Positions 36,963 to 44,177 of a stretch of 48,360 nucleotides of DNA are shown one piece after another (the first letter of the stretch is position 1; every line of letters starts with the position of its first letter). The notes under the pieces are model-generated. The model was not told where the DNA came from. It did not search any database and worked only from the letters and a program-made list of their open reading frames with translations. Made by a program: the position numbers and the translations under genes. The stretch is from Bdellovibrionota bacterium (GTDB taxonomy: Bacteria > Bdellovibrionota_C > UBA2361 > SZUA-149 > JAITKM01). Location of the stretch: positions 1 to 48,360 of the forward strand of contig JAVBQZ010000133.1 of NCBI GenBank assembly GCA_031548505.1, written 5' to 3'.

Positions 36963-38201
36963 TTAAAAAGCTCCTTTATTGAAAAAATCTAACTCGGTTG
37001 CGTACCTTACTGAATCCAAACAATGGTTGTTCTTATCAGGGTAGTCGCTTCTAACAGTGCCGTCTTTCATCTTTTCGTATTCGTAGTTTATAAACTCTTT
37101 ATACGTGTTTGGGCATCTTGCAGGATCAATTACAATTTCTATTAGGCCCTGCAGTTTCTTAATCCCGAAATGAATACTGCCTGCGCCTTTGGCTGCTGCT
37201 CTAATATTAAATCCGGCGTTCCTAAATTCAGATATACTCTTAGGCTCCGCGCTATCCGCGATAATATTACCATACTTCTCTACCTTCATGTGAAGTTTTT
37301 TTATTGCTTCATCGTTAGAAAAACCGACTTTATAGACTTCATCGAAAATATAAATTTTGCGGCGTGTCTTATCGTAGTGGAGTTTGATATAAACGAAAGG
37401 ATCAACAGCAAAGCCCCAGTCTATGCCTTGCCTGATATTATCAAAGGCTTTTATTTCATAGTCTGTGATTGGGCGGCCAACAACATTGGTGAATACGTTA
37501 AGCCCTGTGCCTGTAGCTATGCCTAGATATTCGTGATCGTAGGCTTGTGAATTTGTATTTTTTAACAACTCGGCTTCAATATGAAAGTTCTCTCCGTTCC
37601 ATTCTTTAGGGACGTCTAAGTAAGTAGATGAATGAACGTGGCGTCTAGGGTGGGCGATTTGTGCTTCTGCATTTACCCAGCTATTTGTTTTTTGAGGTGG
37701 GTTGTACGAATAGAAGTAAGTGAATAGTTTTCCGCCCCTAAGTATAGATTGAGTAACTAGGCGGATTTCTTCCATGCCATCAAATTCGTCTAACTCCTCA
37801 AACCATGCAAATTTGAAATAACCTTTTTTGAGTTTAATGGACTTTGTCTTTTTAGGGTCGTCTAATCCTCTAAAGAATATGGCTTGCCCTGTAGGCTTGT
37901 AATAGATTCTTAGCGGGCTTAATCGCGTATCAAAATAGTTAGAAACGCCTAGTTTATCTATTGCCCAGAGGATTTGGGCGTAACAGCTGTCTTTGAGAGT
38001 GTCGCCGACTTTTCGGAAGCATATCGCATTAGCTTCTTTATCTTGAATAATACCTAATATGATTTCTACGCTTACAAAACTAGATTTGGTGCTGCCACGT
38101 CCACCTTTAAGCCAATAATGTGTGAAGGCATTGGTTTTTACTAAATGATGGAGGTCGTAAAATGATGGTGCAATACAATCTGTTAATCTTATTGTACTCA
38201 T
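36963..38201 (-). CDS. terL: Terminase large subunit (PBSX/XtmB-like)
   Basis: 412 aa. Walker A-like LKGGRGSTKSS, Walker B-like FAWFEELDEF, and a C-terminal nuclease region. Confidence 0.9.
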   Translation of the reverse strand: MSTIRLTDCIAPSFYDLHHLVKTNAFTHYWLKGGRGSTKSSFVSVEIILGIIQDKEANAICFRKVGDTLKDSCYAQILWAIDKLGVSNYFDTRLSPLRIYYKPTGQAIFFRGLDDPKKTKSIKLKKGYFKFAWFEELDEFDGMEEIRLVTQSILRGGKLFTYFYSYNPPQKTNSWVNAEAQIAHPRRHVHSSTYLDVPKEWNGENFHIEAELLKNTNSQAYDHEYLGIATGTGLNVFTNVVGRPITDYEIKAFDNIRQGIDWGFAVDPFVYIKLHYDKTRRKIYIFDEVYKVGFSNDEAIKKLHMKVEKYGNIIADSAEPKSISEFRNAGFNIRAAAKGAGSIHFGIKKLQGLIEIVIDPARCPNTYKEFINYEYEKMKDGTVRSDYPDKNNHCLDSVRYATELDFFNKGAF

Positions 38202-38590
38202 TTTCCTTTGTTGCTTTTTTTAGACTTAGGGACATCGTCAGATATTGTTGGCGGTTCTGTTTCAACGGTTAGTTTATCTGCTGGTTTTTGCCCTGTGGTG
38301 TCGCGGATGAACTCAGCGGCCTTTGTATTTCCCTCAAGCGCGAGATTCCACATCTTCACTGATAAAGCATCGGTTAGGGTTAAGTCTTTGCCTGAGATTT
38401 GTTTGTGTGTGGCTAGTATCTCGCTCACTGTCTCAGGCTTCGGATTAAACTCCCCAAACATCAATAATGATGCTCGCATATCTCTTTTTACACGCCTAGA
38501 TTTTCCTGACGCGATTCCACCTTTTTGTGAGATTTCCTTTGCTTCGCGTTTGGTTCGTTTATTAATTGGTATTAAATCTTCCTTGCTCAT
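38198..38590 (-). CDS. Terminase small subunit
   Basis: 130 aa, basic N-terminus (KRTKREAKEISQKGGIASGKSRR). ATGA overlap with terL. Confidence 0.6.
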   Translation of the reverse strand: MSKEDLIPINKRTKREAKEISQKGGIASGKSRRVKRDMRASLLMFGEFNPKPETVSEILATHKQISGKDLTLTDALSVKMWNLALEGNTKAAEFIRDTTGQKPADKLTVETEPPTISDDVPKSKKSNKGK

Positions 38591-38597
38591 ATATCAT

Positions 38598-38625
38598 ATT
38601 TTACCACTTTATTTTCTTGTGTTAA
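38598..38625 (-). promoter_or_regulatory. Late promoter P(pack): TTAACACAAG -35, 16-nt spacer, TAAAAT
   Basis: On the minus strand, TTAACA is at 38625-38620 and TAAAAT at 38603-38598. The terS ATG begins 7 nt after the -10 element and has no SD. Confidence 0.5.
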
Positions 38626-39102
38626 TAAGTAGGGAATCTTTATCTAAAATGAATATCTCATCATTCCCGATGCTCAATTTGACGAAACTTTTGAAGTACG
38701 AGAAAAAGCCTTTTCTGCTAATTTTGTTAGTTTTGATAAGTTCTTTGAATTTCATTAGTAGCCTGATGTCTAGTCCGGCATAATCACATAAGGTTAATAG
38801 ATACTCATCGTTATCAAGAAACGTGTCTTGCCCTGAATATATTGACTCGCAGAGGCTTTCCCGTATTATCGCTATAAATAGATTTCTGTTGGGATTATCG
38901 GTGTATAGATATGAATAATAATTGCGCTTTCTTGTATGTGAAGCAATGTGCTTAGGCTTTGAAAAATCAATTTCTAGTTGTAAAAAGCAAATAGAATTAC
39001 TGCCTCGCCAGCCTTTTTCTCTTCTTTTTTTTTACGTAAAAAGTCTATTTGCATATTAAATGCAAAGATACATTGCTGTTCTGATCGCTCGTAGTAGCCC
39101 AT
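38609..39102 (-). pseudogene. ORF interrupted at an A9 homopolymer (frameshift needed for a 164-aa product)
   Basis: The ATG at 39102 opens a 42-codon frame, MGYYERSEQQCIFAFNMQIDFLRKKK.... The -1 frame is open from the A9 run (T9 on the plus strand, 39025-39033) to the stop at 38609-38611. That frame has no start codon until near its end. Confidence 0.4.
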
Positions 39103-39115
39103 AGTAACTTAAATG

Positions 39116-39325
39116 TTATATCTTACCCCCGTATAAAAACTTATTACTCCCGTCTACTCGCTCACGCCTTATCTTGCCTTTAAGATATAGCACCGAAATA
39201 GTCGGTCTAATAGAAGTAGCTTTGATGCCTTCGTGATGGTATTCTAGCCACTCTACAATTTCATTCACGGTATAGAATGCCTTCTTGTCTTTTAGGAAGT
39301 TGAGGATTGATTTTTCTATTGTCAT
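39116..39325 (-). CDS. Small winged-helix-like DNA-binding protein
   Basis: Trimmed to ATG 39325 (MTIEKSILNF), preceded by agaggaa. 69 aa. YTVNEIVEWL...IRPTISVLYLKGKIRRE is wHTH-like. Confidence 0.45.
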   Translation of the reverse strand: MTIEKSILNFLKDKKAFYTVNEIVEWLEYHHEGIKATSIRPTISVLYLKGKIRRERVDGSNKFLYGGKI

Positions 39326-39339
39326 TTTGTTTCGTTCCT

Positions 39340-39801
39340 CTAATGCTTCTCCAAACAAATTTTTCTAATTTCGCTCTCATCTAATTCAGGATATTTTTTC
39401 ACTAAATGCCGGATATAATCTTCATCACTTTCGCCTTGAACCTCCGCAAATTTCCTGATTGTTTTATTTTTATGCAGAACTATGAAATCCATTTTAACGT
39501 CACTTTCTAGCGTTGCTTTGCGTACTAGTTCAGGGATTTCGCCGTTGATTTTAGGTTGCGTAACCTCAGAATTCCGTCTGCGAATAAATTCAAGGTGGGC
39601 AAGAAAAACTGCAGGTTCTGGAAACTTCCCGTAGAACCTTTCGTGCGCCAAAACTGAATCACAAACGTCGGAAAACTCCTCGTCAGCAATGTTTTGCTTT
39701 GAGAAAAAACTAAACAACGCTCCCGTTTGTTTTTCGCTAACCTCAAAACCGCAGATTACTGAAATCCGGCTAATTGATTGGATAAATTTCTCTAGTTTCA
39801 T
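39340..39801 (-). CDS. Hypothetical protein of the replication module
   Basis: 153 aa. Overlaps the DUF1376 gene end by 32 nt. Confidence 0.5.
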   Translation of the reverse strand: MKLEKFIQSISRISVICGFEVSEKQTGALFSFFSKQNIADEEFSDVCDSVLAHERFYGKFPEPAVFLAHLEFIRRRNSEVTQPKINGEIPELVRKATLESDVKMDFIVLHKNKTIRKFAEVQGESDEDYIRHLVKKYPELDESEIRKICLEKH

Positions 39802-40585
39802 TTTGTTTTTCCTTTGGGTTTTTATGTTTTTCTAAAATTCGTTTGAACGTTTCTGCATTCTTTTCCTCGATAGATTGTTTCTGTTGCTGTGGTGGCGGTT
39901 TATTCGCAAGTTTCAGCGCGAAAATACCTTCCCAGTTGTTTGCGATTGACTGGTCAATTATGCTTTTCGCTACTGCAAAATCGCTGTTTGCAAGGCGTAG
40001 AAGTTCCGCGTAAAACTTTGAAAATTGTTTTTGGGTTTTGATTGGTTTCTTGATTTCGTGCCGATGCTCAAGCCATTCGCCGATACTGATGCGTAGTTCT
40101 TGTGCAATTTCTGATACGTCGGGGGCAAAGTTTTGATTGAGTTTTGGAACGTCAGATTTTTTCGCTATATTTTTTTTATTTTCAATTCTAATTTCATTTT
40201 CATTTTCATTTTCAATTTCAGTTAGGTTATCTTTAGGTTTTGTTTTTGAAAACCTGTAGGTTTCGTTTAGGTTATCTTTAGGTTTTGCAGGACGACCACC
40301 TAATTTGCCATTTTCACGACTCGCATCTGAATCTTTGCCTCTTTTATCAATTTCCTTTTGTAATCTTACATTGTAATAATTGCCATTTTCATCTTGAACA
40401 AATTTCTCCCTAACAGCATCAAATGAGCATTTACGATTAAAATCCCTTTCGCAAAGATGTCCCTTTTGATGTTGCAAGCAAAGTATTCTAATATATTGCC
40501 CAACCTCTTCATCGGTCATACAATCGCAACCAGTTAGAAAATCTTGTGCATAAAATAAAAATGCTGGGTCTTGTCCTATGCTCAT
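39770..40585 (-). CDS. DUF1376 (YdaU-like) replication-associated protein
   Basis: 271 aa. The N-terminus, DPAFLFYAQDFLTGCDCMTDEEVGQYIRILCLQHQKGHL, matches the DUF1376 pattern. Confidence 0.75.
   Translation of the reverse strand: MSIGQDPAFLFYAQDFLTGCDCMTDEEVGQYIRILCLQHQKGHLCERDFNRKCSFDAVREKFVQDENGNYYNVRLQKEIDKRGKDSDASRENGKLGGRPAKPKDNLNETYRFSKTKPKDNLTEIENENENEIRIENKKNIAKKSDVPKLNQNFAPDVSEIAQELRISIGEWLEHRHEIKKPIKTQKQFSKFYAELLRLANSDFAVAKSIIDQSIANNWEGIFALKLANKPPPQQQKQSIEEKNAETFKRILEKHKNPKEKQNETREIYPIN
40222..40287. repeat. Two perfect 21-bp direct repeats (iteron-like) inside the DUF1376 gene
   Basis: ttaggttatctttaggttttg occurs at 40222-40242 and 40267-40287. Between them is the small palindrome aaacctgtaggttt. 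An adjacent periodic AT-rich run, cattttcattttcattttcaatttca, is at about 40195-40220. Confidence 0.6.
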
Positions 40586-40693
40586 AAAATTTACTTTCTA
40601 AAATTTATAAAAAAGCGCGCGAGCCGTATCTACAATAGTAGAAATTTAAAAATACTCACGCGCCAAAAACTTAAAGTTCGTTTTTAGGGGGTA

Positions 40694-41533
40694 TCAAAAT
40701 GGGTTTGGATTAAATTCAATTGAATTATTATCCGCGCCCATGATTTCTACTTTCTTCTCTTCGTTTTCTTCCGCATCATCTCCCACAGGGCCATCTACAT
40801 ACTCTGCCACAGCACCTTCATCACTAACCACGGCACCATCAGCTACAAACGCACGTTGCATATCAACTGAAAGCATTCCCCAACGACTTAACAATTGTCT
40901 GAGCACCGTTTTTCGTGCCATTGCATCGAAATTATCAGCCCATAATGATGTCTTGCGTTTGCCGTTGAGATAGGCCTGGTGCGCCTGTGAATATTTTTTA
41001 GCGTGTTCTTTTAACTCTTCTACACTCATGTAAATGGCTTTCGTGAATCCGTTAAGATAGGTAAATGTTGCCATGTATCCGATTACGTTTTTCTTGATAC
41101 GTTCAGATTCGTTCGTAGTGAAATTAAAAATATATTTCCCAGTATTAGCTGAACGCCCGGAATATTCGCCTTCGCGAATATCGGTGACATCAATATCAGA
41201 ATATTGGCCACTTCGGATTGCAAGTTGAATGTAACCTTTGTAGCCGAGTTGGAAGACTGCCTTGTTAGCGAAAGGCACTAGATAGAATTGCCCAAGCGCA
41301 GACGCGCAAGACAATTTGAGCGATTGTCCAAGCAGTGCCGCGCTAACGATGCTCTTGTATTCGCAACTTTCTAACATTGGATTATTAGCTACTGCGCTAA
41401 CTACTGTTGTCACAAAGTCATTAGCACTATTTCCGCATGTGTTTTTAACGCTATTTTTAACAGCTTCCGAAGCCATAAACTGCCCGAAAGTGCCTTTTTG
41501 ATTGGTTTTTGTTAAACTATTTTGTAATGCCAT
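40694..41533 (-). CDS. recT: RecT-family single-strand annealing protein
   Basis: 279 aa. SIVSAALLGQSLKLSCASALGQFYLVPFANKAVFQLGYKGYIQLAIRSGQY is typical of RecT. Confidence 0.85.
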   Translation of the reverse strand: MALQNSLTKTNQKGTFGQFMASEAVKNSVKNTCGNSANDFVTTVVSAVANNPMLESCEYKSIVSAALLGQSLKLSCASALGQFYLVPFANKAVFQLGYKGYIQLAIRSGQYSDIDVTDIREGEYSGRSANTGKYIFNFTTNESERIKKNVIGYMATFTYLNGFTKAIYMSVEELKEHAKKYSQAHQAYLNGKRKTSLWADNFDAMARKTVLRQLLSRWGMLSVDMQRAFVADGAVVSDEGAVAEYVDGPVGDDAEENEEKKVEIMGADNNSIEFNPNPF

Positions 41534-41550
41534 ATTTCCCCCTAAAGTTT

Positions 41551-42384
41551 TTAATTAATAACCGAGCATGGAATTTCATACTCACGAATGCAGTCACGTA
41601 GTTTTTCTTTCTGAAAAGAATTAACTACGAATTGAAGTTTTAAGGTTTCTGTTCCGAAGGTATTCTCAACAGTTGGAACTTCTGCCGCTTGTTGAGGTTG
41701 CTCGGCTGGTGCAACGTTCCTGTGAAATACTTTCTCTTGAGGTTGTGTTTGGGTTTGCACTTGAACTTGCTCGCGCCTTTTCTTCTCGTTCTGTAGAACT
41801 AATTCATGTTGCAGAACTTTTCCGAGTTCGAGCGTCTCGAAGAATTTAGAAATTAATTCGTCTTTAAATTCTGTCTTAGTGTTGAGAACATCGAACTCGC
41901 TTTTTAACCTATCAGCTAAATCTGTTAGCTCTTTCATTACGTCTTCTGATTTGTACGTGACGTTGAGCCAGCGTTCGTTGAAGATGCGTCCAATTTCAAC
42001 GCGATTAATTTCGCTCTCGTCAGTTAGAGTTAGCCAAAAAGCCTCAATTTCTGCGCGTTTTTGGTCTTTTTTCGCATTCTCGAATTTTTTAATTTGGCTA
42101 TCAATTTCGTCTAAAGGTTCGTTAATAAGCGCGACTAATTCTTTAATCTTCGCCTCGAAATCCATGTAAGGTTCTGCTTGTTGAGCCTTAATTTCTTTGC
42201 GCTTACTTTCTAGTGTATCGCGGAAAGTAGCCAACTTCGCGCGGTCTGCTTTTGCAGTTTTAATTTGCGCATCGTCGTAAACCAACCCTTTATAAGTTTC
42301 TAATTTGTTGATGATTCCGGTTTTTAATTCCTCGAAATTAAAGGTGATTGGATATGCCCTAATCTCGCTAATAATAATTTCCAT
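41551..42384 (-). CDS. DUF1351-like protein (recombination-module accessory)
   Basis: 277 aa. ITFNFEELKTGIINKLETYKGLVYDDAQIKTAKADRAKL...RKEIK matches my memory of DUF1351. That family is commonly found beside RecT or Erf. Confidence 0.6.
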   Translation of the reverse strand: MEIIISEIRAYPITFNFEELKTGIINKLETYKGLVYDDAQIKTAKADRAKLATFRDTLESKRKEIKAQQAEPYMDFEAKIKELVALINEPLDEIDSQIKKFENAKKDQKRAEIEAFWLTLTDESEINRVEIGRIFNERWLNVTYKSEDVMKELTDLADRLKSEFDVLNTKTEFKDELISKFFETLELGKVLQHELVLQNEKKRREQVQVQTQTQPQEKVFHRNVAPAEQPQQAAEVPTVENTFGTETLKLQFVVNSFQKEKLRDCIREYEIPCSVIN

Positions 42385-42393
42385 TGTTTCCCC

Positions 42394-42579
42394 CTAAAAA
42401 TTAAGTTTGTTGATATTAAATATGTTGTCATTACTTAGCGAATCACGCAGAGCGTCCAGCAATTCATTGACTACTTCGCTCGGCTCGTCATCGAGCTTTT
42501 GCAAATTCTCAATCAGAGAAATTGCGTTCATAATGTCGTTGGCATCCCTGTTTTTCGCATCGTAAATTTGTTTATTCAT
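42394..42579 (-). CDS. Hypothetical acidic protein, 61 aa
   Basis: 4-nt overlap with the upstream exonuclease gene. Confidence 0.4.
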   Translation of the reverse strand: MNKQIYDAKNRDANDIMNAISLIENLQKLDDEPSEVVNELLDALRDSLSNDNIFNINKLNF

Positions 42580-43256
42580 AGCGTCGGTAGTTTACTCCAA
42601 GTCGGCGGCTTACGGTTAATAACGCATTCCCAAAAACGCAGTTCCTCGTCCTCGAGCAGTTTAATATCTGCTTCCACGTCTTTACGTTCGATAACTACAT
42701 CAATGATTTCTGTTTTTGGATTTGAATAATATTTTAATTTTAGAAGCGCGCGTAAATGCGCGAAGTCTGCACCTGTAACATTTAGATAATGTAGAATTTG
42801 GCAGTAGTAGGTGTTAGGAATTTTATTTTTCCATTGCTCGTGATGAAGTGACGAATTGATTTCAGCGGTTTTGATTTCGAGGATTCCTTTTAAATTTGTA
42901 CCTGTATAAACTTCGCCATCTAGGCTCGCAGAAAGGAATGAATGTTTATCACTATAATAGATTCTATGTTCATGATGTTCGACTACGTAATCTGGATAAT
43001 CTAATCTAAATAATTCTCTGATATTCTCTTCAGCATCTTTCCCGTATTGAATTTGTGTTGAGTTCTTAAAATCTTCCGGCTTGGCTTCGCTTGTTTTCTT
43101 TAAACACGGTTGAGGTTCACCAGTTTTCTCAAAGTATAATTGTTGAATTGTTTTGTAAGAGGATAAGCCCATTATTACGGCAGCATCTGAGCCACCAATG
43201 CTTAACTTACGAGCTTCTAACCAATCTTCGCGTGTTGAATAATCAACGTAATTCAT
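42576..43256 (-). CDS. YqaJ-type (lambda Exo-like) recombination exonuclease
   Basis: Trimmed to ATG 43256, preceded by ggaggtg. MNYVDYSTREDWLEARKLSIGGSDAAVIMG is the typical YqaJ N-terminus. Paired with recT. Confidence 0.8.
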   Translation of the reverse strand: MNYVDYSTREDWLEARKLSIGGSDAAVIMGLSSYKTIQQLYFEKTGEPQPCLKKTSEAKPEDFKNSTQIQYGKDAEENIRELFRLDYPDYVVEHHEHRIYYSDKHSFLSASLDGEVYTGTNLKGILEIKTAEINSSLHHEQWKNKIPNTYYCQILHYLNVTGADFAHLRALLKLKYYSNPKTEIIDVVIERKDVEADIKLLEDEELRFWECVINRKPPTWSKLPTL

Positions 43257-43519
43257 TGCGCACCTCCATTTTGTTGGGTGCGTATTTCGCTTAAATGATT
43301 TTCGATTTCTTGCGCTGATTCGTAGTCCCAGTTGCCGACTACGCCAAGCGCGAGGATAAAAAGTAATAAAAATAATAAACCTGCAATTCGATGTAGTCCG
43401 GGCGCGACTAAACACCTAAGACTATACCGCGAATTACTTCTGCATTGCAGGTTTACTATTCCAATTGACTTTTGTTTTTGGCTTAAATTTGTGCATGCCG
43501 CACAATAGTTGAGATACAT
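43253..43519 (-). CDS. Hypothetical small membrane protein (first ORF of the early operon; start uncertain)
   Basis: 88-aa ORF. Hydrophobic GLLFLLLFILALGVVG. Its stop overlaps the exonuclease ATG (ATGA). Confidence 0.3.
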   Translation of the reverse strand: MYLNYCAACTNLSQKQKSIGIVNLQCRSNSRYSLRCLVAPGLHRIAGLLFLLLFILALGVVGNWDYESAQEIENHLSEIRTQQNGGAQ

Positions 43520-43655
43520 AGTCGCGCCCTCGATAATAATAAATTATTATTACCGTGAGGCTTGATTATTTGATACGATTATAGTACGAAACAAAAATCA
43601 GCTTCACGGGGCAAACATGTAAAGTTGATTTTGTATTTGAATTCTTAAAGAAAAG

Positions 43656-43709
43656 GTTTTGGCTCCCCGAGACGGACTTGAACCGCCGACCCAATGATTA
43701 ACAGTCATT
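43656..43709. repeat. attR: 54-bp repeat forming the 3' part of the intact tRNA-Asn
   Basis: Identical to 5265-5318. Confidence 0.9.
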
Positions 43710-43735
43710 TGCTCTACCGACTGAGCTATCGGGGA
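43660..43735 (-). tRNA. tRNA-Asn (anticodon GTT)
   Basis: The reverse complement folds by hand into a 76-nt cloverleaf: acceptor TCCCCGA/TCGGGGA, D arm GCTC/GAGC, anticodon stem AATGA/TCATT with loop CTGTTAA, T arm GGCGG/CCGTC with TTCAAGT. The CCA end is encoded. Confidence 0.9.
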
Positions 43736-44177
43736 ATAGCGTGAAATACTCACTTGAATGGGATACTTTGATGCCTCTACAGAAAAGGGCGTCGCTTTCT
43801 ATTGATTTTTATTTCATTGTCAAGAGAATTAAACATAAATTTCATTTTTCTATCAGACTATTACGTAAATAGAGACTTTTACAGCGTTCTTGCATAAAAA
43901 AGTTTGCCAATTTATAATTTTTCAAGCAATGGGCGCGCCTTCAATAGTTTAAAAGTATTCGGTGTTTTGGAAGATATAGTTTGAGATTCCTCTGCTCCAC
44001 CTAAAAATTTAGAAGTTAGGCACTATGACTGCGGACTGTGCATTGATTGCTGCATTCCTACGGGTCATTGAGTTAAAAATTTTAAATCTTAGAATTGTAT
44101 TCTCGTAATAATATAAACCCGAATATTTTTATAAAAAAATATATTTATTGTTTTGATAACTTTTAAGGAGAGTAATT

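Larger units (their letters stand above)
5265..43709. mobile_element. Integrated contractile-tailed temperate prophage (about 38.4 kb) in tRNA-Asn
   Basis: Perfect 54-bp direct repeats at both ends. Integrase lies next to attL. Packaging, head, tail, baseplate, lysis, recombination and replication modules are all present. Confidence 0.9.

Noticed and set aside
38208-38783. 191-aa plus-strand ORF
   Set aside because: It is antisense to terS and to the 3' part of the frameshifted ORF. It runs against the uniform minus-strand organisation and has no motif.
43253-43415. Extended 279-aa version of the exonuclease ORF (42576..43415)
   Set aside because: The upstream 53 codons are Arg/Ser/Phe-rich with no similarity to YqaJ N-termini. 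The ATG at 43256 has a GGAGG RBS and starts exactly at the conserved YqaJ N-terminus.
44024-44033. 10-mer atgactgcgg shared between the secY upstream region and the loop of the 46425-46462 hairpin
   Set aside because: Matches of this length are expected many times by chance in a 48-kb window, and the surrounding sequence is not similar.
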